The notes: a model not told the origin generated them from the sequence alone. A stretch of 64,000 bases of DNA from Octopus vulgaris (GCA_951406725.2 OX597820.1:11718001-11782000), one strand, 5' to 3'. Positions 12,322 through 25,510 are shown, numbered from the stretch's first letter. Translations and numbers: made by a program.

Positions 12322-12474
12322 TATGGTAGGAACCAATAAAACAGAACATCTGACATGGCCCAGGATTCAGTAGAGCAGCAATGGCCACCAAAGCTTAACC
12401 TACCTTGAGCAACAATAGTAATGATGGGTAGGATATGTCTATAAATCTCATCTTTCATCTTGTGCTCCTTGACC
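12322..12474 (-). pseudogene. LINE (RTE/RTEX-like) ORF C-terminal relic
   Basis: Reads KEHKMKDEIYRHILPIITIVAQGRLSFGGHCCSTESWAMSDVLFYW, resembling the ...LY..LPPIS....RRL.FAGHC...SD..LW region downstream of the RT domain. Confidence 0.55.
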
Positions 12475-12529
12475 GACAGACGATTATATAACATCAGAAG
12501 ATATACTTTGTCAGTTTTATCTTTCTTCT

Positions 12530-12758
12530 TTTACTTATTTTAGTCATTAGTCTGTGACCATACTGGGGCACCCACTTCAAGGTTTTTAAACCTAGTACTT
12601 AATGTACCGTTCTCTTTTTGCCAAACTGCTATGTTACAGGGATGTAAACACACCAACGTCGGCTGTCATGCAGTGACGGGTGGAGGAAAACAGACACATA
12701 CATATATGTGGCACATAAAAAGCACCATCTGATCGTAGTTGGTGAAAGTTATCTAAGT

Positions 12759-12811
<53 letters not shown>

Positions 12812-12935
12812 CGGGCTTCTTCCAGTTTCTGTCTGCAAAATCCACTCACAAGGCTTTGGTCAGCCAGCCATGCAGTGGGACTGAACCTGGAACGACATGG
12901 TTCAGGAAGCGAGCTTCATACCACACAGCCACTGC
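12530..12935 (-). mobile_element. SINE family A, degenerate and internally rearranged
   Basis: Family A blocks on the minus strand with an internal deletion and a short family C-like insert. Confidence 0.75.
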
Positions 12936-12945
12936 TATATATACA

Positions 12946-12989
<44 letters not shown>

Positions 12990-12990
<1 letters not shown>

Positions 12991-13244
12991 GGGTTGGTGC
13001 ATAATTATTGTGGCTTTTTTTTTCTCGACAAATTTTATTCAACAAAAACAATAACAATATTTAACAAAAACATCTTTAAATTACGGTCTGACCGTCTGCC
13101 AAGCAAATTGGGAAGCAGTGATTGAAGTAGATGGTGAATAAGCTCCGGAATAATCATTTGAAGATGTTTTTGTTACATGTTGTTATTGTTTTGATTGAAT
13201 AAAATTTGTTGAAAAATAAAAAGTCGCAATAATTACGCACCATG

Positions 13245-13248
<4 letters not shown>
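12990..13248 (+). mobile_element. Mariner-derived MITE in (TA)n
   Basis: About 90-bp imperfect TIRs beginning GGGTTGGTGCATAATTATTG; middle encodes the remnant DRLPSK/WEAVIEVDGE*APE* of a mariner C-terminus; TA flanks. Confidence 0.85.
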
Positions 13249-13294
<46 letters not shown>

Positions 13295-14189
13295 GATATG
13301 CACTGCAAATTTTTGATCGATTAAACATGCGCCTCTGACGTGAGTCATTGATCGCCTTTATGTATGTATATATTATATATGTGTTCCCGTGTGACCAACT
13401 CTGTTTACTTCAACATTTGTATTGTAAAGTACACTGAAATATTTTTGCACCAGTTCAGTGTGCATTGATTGATTGCAGTCTGCACATTACGAATACGCAC
13501 AACTCAACTGTCTGTCGGTATGTCGACGTAAGGACATGCATTTTGATGTATATATATATATATATTTTAACATCAATATTTGAACTTCAAGTGTAGCGTG
13601 CAATTTAATCCTCACTCTGTATTGGATAACATCTCTCTCAATATACGTATGTGCAAGTACATAACATACCATATTCACCAGCTTAAAATTCACAAACAAA
13701 AACCCCGCATCTCCACCCCCACCCCCAGCACTGAGAAATTATACAACCACCACCACCACTACCACCACCATCATCATCACTACTACTACAGCTGTTACCC
13801 CACACACTTACGCCTCCATAGTCAACGTAATAGTTATGTTGCAGATTACTTCGACATTTTTTGATAATACCCGGAGCTTTTGATTCCGGTGAACGGATAA
13901 AATTTTTTAATTAATTTTAAATAATGACTTAAGACGTACTAATTTTTTCCCAGCAATAACTGGCTGATAAAATTATCCGTGATTACAATAAGCAGATTCA
14001 AATGTATATGTACCCCTACAACCCCCAAAATAAAAAAAAACCACACACAGAGGCGCAGCGGTGTTGGTAAAAACCTTGTTTCACGTCCACATGGTTCGGA
14101 GCTAAATCCAACTCCGTGGCACCATGGGTGTCTTCCATTATAGCCTCGGGTTTATATATATATATATGTATTCTATTCTTTCTTTATTC

Positions 14190-14562
14190 TTTTACTTGAC
14201 TTCGGCCATGCTGGAGCACCGCCTTTAATCGAGCAACTCGACCTCCAGACTTATTCTTTTGTAAGCCCAGTACTTATTCTATCGGTCTCCTTTGCCGAAC
14301 CGCTAAGTTACGGGGACATAAACACACCAGCATCGGTTGTCAAGCAATGCTAGGGGGCAAACACAGACACACAAACACGCATATATAAATATACATATAT
14401 ACGACGGGCTTCTTTCAGTTTCCGTCTACCAAATCCACTCACAAGGCTTTGGTTGGCCCGAGGCTATAGTAGAAGACACTTGCCCAAGGTGCCACGCAGT
14501 GGGACTGAACCCGGAACCATGTGGTTGGTTAGCAAGCTACTTACCACACAGCCACTCCTGCG
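14190..14562 (-). mobile_element. SINE family A
   Basis: Reverse complement of family A. Confidence 0.9.
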
Positions 14563-14589
14563 TTTATATATTCTATTCTTTCTTTATTC

Positions 14590-14937
14590 TTTTATTTGTT
14601 TCAGTCATTTGACTGCGGCCATGCTGGAGCACCACCTTTTAGTCGAGCAAATCGACCCCAGGACTTATTCTTTGTAAGCCTAGTACTTATTCTATCGGTC
14701 AGTTTTTGACGAACCGCTAAGTTTCGGGGACGTAAACACACCAGCATCGCATGCCAAGCGATTTTGGTGGTGGTGGGGGTAGAAACACTGACACACAAAT
14801 ATATACACACACATATACGACGGGCTTCTTTCAGTTTCCGTCTACCAAATCCACTCACAAGACTTTGGTCGGGTCGAGGCTATCGCAGAAGACACTATAG
14901 CAGAAGGTGCCACGCAGTGGGAATGAACCCGGAACCT
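14590..14937 (-). mobile_element. SINE family A, head truncated next to the Kolobok-like element
   Basis: Family A similarity stops at GAACCCGGAACC. Confidence 0.85.
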
Positions 14938-14944
14938 TCGTTAA

Positions 14945-15345
14945 AGACCCGTTCGTACCACAGGATTTTTCGAGAGCATTCAACGTATGTGACCTCCAAA
15001 CCCGGTCCAAGCCACTTTTCTCCGTAAAAAGAAAGAGTGGTGGAGACCTCGGAATTTCCCAGGAAAAACTCCGAGTTACCCATGGAAACAGTTTTGTTTG
15101 GCGAGTTGCCCCTCCCCCCCTTACCCCGTTATTTCGCATGCTTTCAACAAACGTGACATCGAAACCACGCGAAAACGGCCCCTTTCCGCCAGAAAAGGGA
15201 AAGATTTGGCTGCTATTTCTAGCACACCCTGCTACCATATAACGGCTATTTCCGGTCGTTTATCGCAAATGCACTCGGAAAAAAAAACCCGCGGGAAAAA
15301 AAAAAAAAAAAGAAAAGATCTCACACCGAGGTACGAACGGGTCCT
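14945..15345. mobile_element. Non-autonomous Kolobok-like DNA transposon
   Basis: TTAA|AGACCCGTTCGTACC ... GGTACGAACGGGTCCT|TTAC: short TIR, RR..YY termini, TTAA-like target. Confidence 0.65.
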
Positions 15346-15367
15346 TTACGAAATATTTACCCACATA

Positions 15368-15626
15368 GGTACTACTTAAGAACAGTGGTCCCGGTGCGCG
15401 CTAGTCATGACTAGTCGATCCTTACTTTGTGTAAGGACCTCTGGTAATGCCATGATGGACCGTGAAGTCTGGCGTAGCATGGTAAATTCCATTGTCTCGA
15501 CCACGGTCGAACAATGATGATGATGATTGTGTTTTATTTACTTTGCTCGGTAGTCGTTGTAGGATCGACTAGTCACTACTAGCTAGTGCGGATGCGCGCA
15601 CCGGGACCACTGTTCTTAAGGAGTAC

Positions 15627-15629
<3 letters not shown>
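15368..15629. mobile_element. MITE with about 55-bp TIRs, superfamily unclear
   Basis: GGTACTACTTAAGAACAGTGGTCCCGGTGCGCGC..GACTAGTCGATCCT versus its reverse complement at the right end; TA on both sides. Confidence 0.8.
15433..15526 (+). mobile_element. 5'-truncated RTE/RTEX-like LINE tail nested in the MITE
   Basis: Encodes NAMMDREVWRSMVNSIVSTTVEQ* then (TGA)n; TTGTGT duplicated at 15427-15432 and 15527-15532. Confidence 0.75.
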
Positions 15630-15688
<59 letters not shown>

Positions 15689-15692
<4 letters not shown>

Positions 15693-16080
15693 GCTGTGTG
15701 GTAAGTAGCTCGCTAACCAGCCACATGGTATCGGGTTCAGTCCCACTGCGTGGCATCTTGGGCATATGTCTTCTGCTATAGCCCCGGGCCAACCAATGCC
15801 TTGTGAGTGGATTTGGTAGACGGAAACTGAAAGAAGCCTGTCGTATATATGTATATTTATATATATGTATGTGTGTGTGTTTGTTTGTTTGTGTTTGTCC
15901 CCCTAGCATTGCTTGACAACCGATGCTGGTGTGTTTACGTCCCCGTCAATTAGCGGTTCGGCAAAAAGAATCCGATTGAATAAGTATTGGGCTTACAAAA
16001 ATTAAGTCCCGGGGTCGATTTGCTCGACTAAAGGCGGTGCTCCAGCGTGGCCGCAGTCAAATGACTGAAACAAGTAAAAT
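15689..16080 (+). mobile_element. SINE family A
   Basis: Colinear with family A; follows (TA)n. Confidence 0.9.
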
Positions 16081-16082
16081 AA

Positions 16083-16128
<46 letters not shown>

Positions 16129-16632
16129 GCTGTGTATATGCTGTGTGTAGATATTAGTGTACGCGATTACGCGGTTGCATCGCAGCTTATCGACAGCGTA
16201 GAGCGAAACACACCAATGTATACAAATAATAGAATAACAAGACTAAAAGGGAAAAAACAGAAAAAATCATATTAGCTATCACATGAAACAGAAGTAAATA
16301 TATAACATCTGCATATAAACTACTTTCCTTTCCGTACCATGCTTGCTTGTATACGGCATTCGTGTATGTTCAAGTGTTATGTGTGTGACGAAGCGGGCTT
16401 TTTAACTTGCAGTTTTCGGCTGTTTACCTTCGACTGTTGTAAGGTTTACAACCGGATCTTCAAAGTGGTTTATAGCTCAGCGCATTGGGTAATGTGAAGT
16501 TTGTTTTAACCACTTGAAGTATTTCGTATTTTCTGTAGATTATTATTATTATTATTATTTTAATGTAGGTTTGTAAAAATGACGACGAAAATCGCATTCA
16601 TTCCTCCTGCTCCGCCTAGAAATGAATTAATA

Positions 16633-17022
16633 AGGCGGAAGCACTCCGGATGAAATGCGCAGCCGTATTTCGTCTGCAGTTACGTTCTGAGTTCAAATTC
16701 CGCCGAGGTTGACTTTGCCTTTCATCCTTTCGGGATCGATTAAATAAGTACCAGTTACGCACTGGGGTCGATATAATCCGTTTGTCTGTCCTTGTTTGTC
16801 CTCTCTGTGTTTAGCCCTTTGTGGGTAGTAAAGAAATAGATATTTCGTCTGTCTTTATGTTCTGAGTTCAAATTCCGCCGAGGTTGACTTTGCCTTTCAT
16901 CCTTTCGGGGTCGATAAATTAAGTACCAGTTACGCACTGGGGTCGATATAATCGACTTAATACCTATGTCTGTCCTTGTTTGTCCCCTCTGTGTTTAGCC
17001 ACTTGTGAGTAGTAAAGAAATA
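16633..17022 (+). mobile_element. SINE family B dimer
   Basis: Two tandem bodies joined at AAAGAAATAG|ATATTTCGTCT. Confidence 0.9.
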
Positions 17023-17124
17023 AGGTAAAGGACATCGACCGCGCCCCTTTTCGCCGGTATGACAATTTCATATGACACCGCTAGGAAAAACTGCCGTTCA
17101 AACCGAAAAGATCCACTAGCTACC

Positions 17125-17260
17125 CAAACACGTGGTTCTGGGTTCAGTCCCACTGCGTGGCACCTTGGGGGTGTGTCTTCAACTGGAGTCTTGGGCCCGA
17201 ACACAGCCTTGTGAGTGGATTTGGTAGACAAAAACTGAAAGAAGCCTGTCTTTATATATA

Positions 17261-17291
<31 letters not shown>

Positions 17292-17530
17292 ATGTGTGTG
17301 TATTTGTATGTGGGTGTGTGCGTGCGTGTATTTGTGTGTGTCTGTGTTTGTCTCCCCCAACATCGCTTGACAACCGATGCTAGTGTGCTTACGTCCCCGT
17401 AACTAAGCAGTTCGGCGAAACAGACCGATAGAATAAGTACTAGGCTTACAAAGAATAAGTCGTGGGGTCGATTTGCTCGACTAAAGGCGGGTATACTCGA
17501 GCATGACCGCAGTGAAAGTGACAAACAAGA
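17125..17530 (+). mobile_element. SINE family A
   Basis: Colinear with family A, degenerate head. Confidence 0.85.
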
Positions 17531-18139
17531 ATCTATCTGTCTGTCTGTCTGTCTATCCCCCACACACATACATACATGTAAGTAATAAAGTGAAAGTCAA
17601 GTATTGCATCAGATTCTATTCTTTCTTTTTGTAAAATCATGCCGGCATGTGCACAAATAGTTTCTTTCCAAGAGATTATATTTAAGAAGGTCGAGATATG
17701 GGAAAGGAAATCCGAAGAAGACGACGACAACGTATGTAATTTGTATATATAATATATGTGTGCGTGTGTGTGTGTAACGGAAACTGTTTATTTGCGAGAA
17801 ATTGCTCACTATCTCCAATTTCTGAGCTGCCAAGCGAGATGTTTGAATATACGGTGTGGCCTCTTGACTGTTATGTCTAGCAGAACGAGCGATTGTGTAA
17901 TGCAAGCTTGGGCAACCGTTTCTGAGAGAGCTACTGAAAAAAGCAATTCAAGCTAATTTCTCATTAGGTGTGCCTCTGAGAAACACCCGCAGTTCATAAC
18001 CGATGTCTCTCTATCGTTAACCACAAACTCGATATATATATTTGTTGGAATGTTTAAATGACTAATGATATGAAAACTTGGTCTGAAAACAAACACATAC
18101 ACACATATATGTATGTATATACACGTACGTGTGTGTGTA

Positions 18140-18371
18140 TATTTCGTTGTTGGATTTCGTTTGCAAGATTCTTTATTTGAATTCGTGTGTTGAAGCATAT
18201 TTTGTTGTGTCTGGGGGGAGTAATTTTCTTTTTTTTTTTTTGTGCCTTATAATGTGACTCACCCACCGGTAAAATTTCCACAAATTTCTTATTTTTATTT
18301 TCCTAAAATTTTCATTGCGTCTAGCAACCTTTTCAATAGTCTTGACTATTGAATAAGTTGCAAGACGCAAC
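18140..18371 (-). mobile_element. Putative PLE pLTR fragment with inverted 5' duplication
   Basis: Homologous to 41234-41387; ends in a 27-bp hairpin (18315-18370) abutting a microsatellite; carries a hammerhead-like motif. Confidence 0.65.
18301..18343 (-). ncRNA. Candidate minimal hammerhead ribozyme, U3-A8 core variant
   Basis: CUA-UUGAAAA-G-GUUGC(UAGAC)GCAAU-GAAA-AU-UU^-UAG; C3/G8 replaced by U3/A8; only 3 bp of stem I visible. Confidence 0.55.
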
Positions 18372-18372
18372 T

Positions 18373-19815
<1,443 letters not shown>

Positions 19816-19828
19816 AGAGAGAGAGAGA

Positions 19829-20121
19829 GGCGCAATGGCCCAGTGGTTAGGGCAGCGGACTTGCGGTTTCGATTCCCAGACTGGCCGTTGCGAGTGTTTA
19901 TTGAGCGAAAACACCTAAAAGCTCCACGAGGCTCCGGCAGGGGGTCGTGGCGACCCCTGTTGTACTCTTTCGCGCCAGCTTTCTCTCACTCTTTCTTCTG
20001 TTGGCCTGCTCACTTAGCCAGCAGGGTGGCGTCATTTGAAGGCTAAAACAATGACAAAGCGCATTGTGACCAGCGATGTGTAGCAACATCTGATAGCCTG
20101 GTCAGTCACGTGATCACGTGA
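19829..20121 (+). mobile_element. SINE with family D head but a different 3' tail
   Basis: Matches family D to ...TTTCTCTCACTCTT, then an unrelated tail ending GTCACGTGATCACGTGA. Confidence 0.85.
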
Positions 20122-20612
20122 GATATATATATATGTATATATATCTTCTTTTATTCCTTTACTTGTTTCAGTCTTTTGACTGCGGCCCTATATATATAGG
20201 CATACCTCACCCTACATCGTTAATTGGTTCCAGGAGACATGACTTAAGTCAAATTAACTTGTCTTTAGGCTAAACCGATAGTAACCATTCCCAGTTCTGT
20301 ACTTTATTTATGAATGCATTTTCAATAATACATGGTTAATAAAATCCTATTTTAACCTTACAAACAAATAATTATTATTATTTAATATAGTACAGTAAAA
20401 AAAAGTTATCTATATTTATGAATACAATTTGGCGGTGTTTACCTTACATCGAGGATGCTTTATCTATGAATGCGGTTTGCAATAAGACATGGTAAAAAAA
20501 AACCTTTTTAAAGCTTAAAATACAAATTTAGCAATTATTATTATTTTGCAATAGTAAAAAAAAAACCCTAAATTATTTTAAATTTACCAATACATACATA
20601 CAATTTGGTGGT

Positions 20613-22490
20613 TTACATCACGGATGTAGACGGCTGTGGATCGTCAACATCAACAGCTGGCTCCGGCTGTTCTTGTTCGATGTGCTTAAGAAACCAGTTG
20701 AGAGTTCCTTGAACTGTCTTCTTTTCCTCAAAATCTTCATGACAAGCCCCCATAATCTTGGAAAAGCGTTGAGCATTTGGATCCATATCCTGGAATTTAG
20801 AAAGACCTTTTTCAATATATGCAAATGCTTGCTGCATTTTCTTAATGGTAAAGTGACGTGGCTCAGGTTCGACTTTCTCTTCTTTATTTTGCTGCTTGTG
20901 AAGCTCTATCAAATCCTTGTTCGTCAGGGGCTGCTTGTCTTTTTCAAATAATTCTTTGAAGTCCTCCTCCTCCAAATCCATTTCCAGTTCTTTGCTTGTA
21001 GTCACCAACATTTTGTTGATGGCAACATTATCAAACCCCTTAAAATCATTCATGTATTGCGAGCATAGCTTCTTCCATACACCATTCATAGCCATGCTCT
21101 GTACATCATTCTCTGCTGCTGCTATGTTCTGTACAGCCTTGTAGACATTGCATCTCTTCCAAAAGTCACAAAGTGTGATGGACTCATTGAGATCAGTTGC
21201 AGCTTTATACAGTAACGCTTGAAGATAGCAATTATTTCCTGATCCATTGGCTGCAGAAGAGACGTGGTGTTCAGAGGGAGGTATACAATGGCAAAATTGG
21301 GGTCAAAATCTATGATGTTTTGTGGGTGGCCAGGAGCATTATCTAAGATAAGTAAAACCTTAACAAGAATCCTCTTCCCCTTGCAGTACTTCTCTGCTGC
21401 TGGGATAAAATTATTGAAGAACCAATCTTCAAAAACAACAACAGTAACCCAGGCTTTTGAATTAGCCATCCATATAACAGGGAGAGATGCCTTGGGTATG
21501 ATCTTCAGGGCCAAGGGTTGTGTGCATGATACACAAGCAATGGCTTTAACTTAAAAATCTCCTGCACAATTACCTACCAACATAATGGTTAAATGTTCTT
21601 TTGAGACCTTGTAGCCTGGAATAGTTTTCTCCTCTTTGGAAATGAATTAACGGTCTGGCAATTTTTTCCAATACAATCCAGTTTCGTCTATGGTAAAAAT
21701 CTGCTTGGAAAGAAACCCGTTTTCTTCAATGATTTTCTTTAATGCATTATGAAATTCTGCTGCTGCTTGTTCGTCAGCTGATGCACTTTCACCTTGCTTC
21801 TTAATGGAGTGATAACTTCTTCGCTCCTTAAGTCTCATGAACCATCATGGACTTGCCTTGAACTCTACATCTTTCTCATTTGGATATTTTTTCTTCAGGT
21901 CCTCAAAGACAACGCTTTCTTTTGAATGATTTCTTGATTAATAGTGGAAGCACTCCGTCGGTTACGACGACGAGGGTTCTGGTTGATCCGATCAACGGAA
22001 CAGCCTGCTCGTGAAATTAACGTGTAAGTGGCTGAGCACTCCACAGACACGTGTACCCTTAACGTAGTTCTCGGGGATATTCAGCGTGACACAGAGAGTG
22101 ACAAGGCCGGCCCTTTGAAATACAGGTACAACAGAAACAGGAAGTAAGAGTGAGAGAAAGTTGTGGTGAAAGAGTACAGCAGGGATCACCACCATCCCTG
22201 CCGGAGCCTCGTGGAGCTTTTAGGTGTTTTCGCTCAATAAACACTCACAACGCCCGGTCTGGGAATCGAAACCACGATCCTACGACCGCGAGTCCGCTGC
22301 CCTAACCACTGGGCCATTGCGCCTCCACTCTTGACTAATATTAGCAAGCTGACGATTCAACCTAACAATCCCAACAAAGACTTTCCATTTCTTCAAAGAT
22401 TTTGCCTCTTTTCTTATTGATAACAGTGTTCTACATCCCTGTGGCTACAGATTTGATATGTGCTAAAATCTTGTCCTTATTATGTACAAC
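20613..22490 (-). pseudogene. Tigger (TIGD1-like) CENP-B HTH + DDE transposase pseudogene
   Basis: NKDKILAHIKS..KKRGKIFEEME; QGESASAD; QIFTIDETGLYWKKLPDR; WMANSKAWVT; LLILDNAPGHP; NTTSLLQPMDQ; frameshifts, stops and a SINE insertion. Confidence 0.92.
21944..22328 (-). mobile_element. SINE family D inserted in the Tigger ORF
   Basis: 12-bp TSD TCTTGATTAATA (21932-21943) / TCTTGACTAATA (22329-22340). Confidence 0.93.
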
Positions 22491-22491
22491 C

Positions 22492-22905
22492 ATCAATACA
22501 ATGTTCCACCTTCGAATGAGAGCATGTATCTTTGCCCCGTAAAATTCTGTTGACTGTTCTTTGAGCCACTTCTTCACTACAGTTTTCACTTCCTCATCAC
22601 TGGAATAATGTTTGCCTCTCAAACCCTCTTTCTTGGGGCCGAAAAGATGATAGTCCAGTGATGAGGAAGTGAAAACTGTAGTGAAGAAGTGGCTCAAAGA
22701 ACAGTCAACAGAATTTTACAGGGCAGGGATACATGCTCTCATTTGAAGGTAGAACATTGCTATTGAGAGAAACGGTAACTATGTTGAGAAGTAGGGATGT
22801 GATCCACAGAGGACCAGCTTCATTTTGATGTATGATACATGTTCCTGTGTTGGTAATTGTACCTGTCCTAAACAAAATGGCATTACTTTTTGACTCACCC
22901 TTGTG
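22492..22905. mobile_element. Mariner 3'-end fragment with inverted duplication
   Basis: DYHLFGPKKEGLRGKHYSSDEEVKTVVKKWL...RRW on minus, repeated on plus from about 22653, ending in TIR-like TTACTTTTTGACTCACCCTTG. Confidence 0.85.
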
Positions 22906-22930
22906 TATGTATGTATGTATATATATATAT

Positions 22931-23088
22931 ATTTATTTTATAGAAGGAGCTTCTACAGGACTAGAACTGTTTCATTCAAATGAAATCATCCTGATGATTT
23001 CATAGCTCCTTCTATAAAATAAATTAATTTACTCTGCCATGTATTGAGTACCTTATTTACTGTGGTTAACCCCGACTCAACCCGGGAC

Positions 23089-23090
<2 letters not shown>
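22931..23090. mobile_element. TA-embedded PLE-like fragment with inverted, broken hammerhead halves
   Basis: 22931-22951 is the reverse complement of 23004-23024; minus strand GAUGA-UUUC(AUUU)GAAU-GAAA-CAG(UUCUAGUC)CUG-UA; plus strand CUGAUGAUUUCAU followed by a deletion. Confidence 0.7.
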
Positions 23091-23124
<34 letters not shown>

Positions 23125-24027
23125 TTAGAGATAAAACCACTATTATGCAACTCAAACAGTGATAGACATAAACCAAAACATAAAAAAACAAATAATATAT
23201 ATTTTTATAAAACATAATTAGATCTCAAAAAGTATAAAAATGAATGATCAATATATAATAAGCATATATATATATATATATACATAAACACACACACACA
23301 TATATGTCCCACCCATGCTAGCGTGGAAGGCGGACATTAAAAGACGATTATGATGAGAATATATATATACATAAGTATATGTGTGTGTTTGTATGTATGC
23401 GATGGTCTTAATGTGTAATGGAACAACTGAAGAAAGAAGCCAATACGGACTGTAGGGTGAAATATGTTCTGCTTGAAAAATGTTGTTCTGCTGGGTTTTG
23501 CCTTTTCACTTTAAAGATTTTCCAGACCTCACCGCCTTACAATTTTAAACGCCTAGAAAGGCATAATTACCTGCAATTATCTGTTCTCTAGATTTCTTCT
23601 TTCTATTCAATCGGTATATCTGACATTTAGTAAACACTTTGGGTGTTGTTGATTGGTTTAGTCTTTGGCAGGAGTTGATTGGTTTTGTCTTTCAAGGGTG
23701 TGTCAGTGTGACGCAAGCAGCAAACAGTGACACCAACTACGCATTGTTTGAACACACCAGCTTATTGCTGTTCTTGTAAAATATTCACACATATATTCAT
23801 GTTTATGTGTAACCTCATCCGTGTGCATGTGTGTACATGGTGAACTACTGCGCAATGGAGGATAGTAGTGTCAAACTTGGGCATTGAACCAGAACCATAT
23901 GGTTACAAAACGATTTTACTATTCACATAACTGGGTGGATGTAGGCACATAACATACATAAACAAGCATGTGCTTGGTTTGTGTACATAAGAAGTACGCT
24001 TTGCAGCAGTGTTTTCTTGTTCAACTA

Positions 24028-24908
24028 TCAGGTCATCCCATAAGTTCTGTCTGAATTTTGAATAAAGTAAACAAGTGATCAAATGTTATATTTAATTGAA
24101 ATTTAATCATCAGTATACTTTCCCTGATTATCTATGACTTCCTGCCATCTATTTACAAGCTTCTTAATCCCATCAATGTAAAACTCTTTTGGCTTCAAAG
24201 CGAAGAACTCTAAAATGTCAGTTTTGACCTCCTCCTTGCTTGCGAAAGTTTTGTCCCCCAAATGATTCTGTAAACTACGAAACAAATGGTAGTCTGAAGG
24301 AGTAAGGTCGGGAGAATAAGGCAGATGAGGAGTTTTTTTCCCAACCAAGCTCTTCGATCTTCTGTGATGTGATCTTTGCAGTGTGGGGTCGCGCATTGTC
24401 CTGATGAAACATTACTCCTTTTCAATTCACTAAAATGGGTCTTTTTTCTTCAAAGCTTGGTTCAAACGCTCTAATTGCCGATAGTAGACTTGAGCACTGA
24501 TTGTTGCATTAGGTGGCAACAATTCAAAGTGAATTACACTTTTGCAATCCCTCCAGATAGAGAGAAGAATCTTTTTCCCCATGAAGTTCTCTTCTCAGTT
24601 GTGGTTGAGCTTTTTCCCTTTTACCAAGCCACTGTTTACGGCATTTAACATTTCGATAGAAAATCCATTTTTCGTCACCAGTCTCGAGTCTATCCAAAAA
24701 GGGTTAAATGAGTTCATGAGAATGGAGAGAAGAGCAGATGTCAACTCGGGATTTGTAGTTGCCTTCGGACAATTCATGAGGCACCCATTTTAAGTGTACA
24801 CAAATGCATAAAAACAATTTTAAATTCCATTAGACATTCTAAAATACAATTAAATTTCATTCAATTTTAAAAAAGGTAAAATTGGACAGAACTTCTGGAA
24901 TGACCTGA
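24028..24908 (-). mobile_element. Internally deleted mariner transposon
   Basis: TA|TCAGGTCATCCCATAAGTTCTGTC ... GACAGAACTTCTGGAATGACCTGA|TA; motifs KWVPHEL and PYSPDLTPSDYHLFRSL; N-terminal HTH region absent. Confidence 0.93.
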
Positions 24909-24954
24909 TACGTACACTGAGCAGTATGCAATTTCTTGAGTCGAGTATCTTTTA

Positions 24955-25510
24955 TCATCATCGTTTAACGTCCACTTTCCATGCTAGCATTGGTTGGACG
25001 ATTTGACTGACGACTGGCGAACCAGATGGCTGCACCAGACTCCAATCTGATCTGGCAGAGTTTCCACAGCTGGATGCCCTTCCTAACGCCAACCACTCCG
25101 AGAGTGTAGTGGGTGCTTTTATGTGTCACTGGCATGAGGGCCAGTCAGGCGGTACTGGCAACGGCCACGCTCAAACGGTGCTTTTTTATGTGCCACCTGC
25201 ACAGAAGCCAGTCCAGCGGCACTGGCAACAACCTCACTCGAATGTTTTTTGATGTGCCACCAGCACAAGTGCCAGGAAGGCAACGCAGGTAACGATCATG
25301 CTTGAATGGTGTGTTGAATGTGCCACTGGCATGAAGGCCAGCTTCTTGCTCTGGCAACGATCTCACTCGTATGGCACTCTTAGCGCTCCACTAGCAACAG
25401 ATGCCAGTCACCAAGTTTGATTTCGATTTCAAGTGCCTCAACAGGTCTTCGCAATCGAGTTTGATTCCAACTTCGATTTCACTTGCCTCAACTGGTCTTT
25501 GCAAGCAGAG
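24955..25510 (-). mobile_element. Family C (RTE-type 3' end) with internal 60-70-bp subrepeats
   Basis: Family C tail plus repeated GGTGCTTTT.ATGTGCCAC..GCAC units. Confidence 0.85.

Larger units (their letters stand above)
20197..22490 (-). mobile_element. Tigger/pogo DNA transposon, decayed, 5' end missing
   Basis: 3' TIR-like TAGGCATACCTC in TA context at 20197; transposase motifs below. Confidence 0.9.

Noticed and set aside
23422-23492. GAACAA-CTGAAGA...GAAA...TTGTTC motif
   Set aside because: No valid stem II/III or NUH triplet in register.
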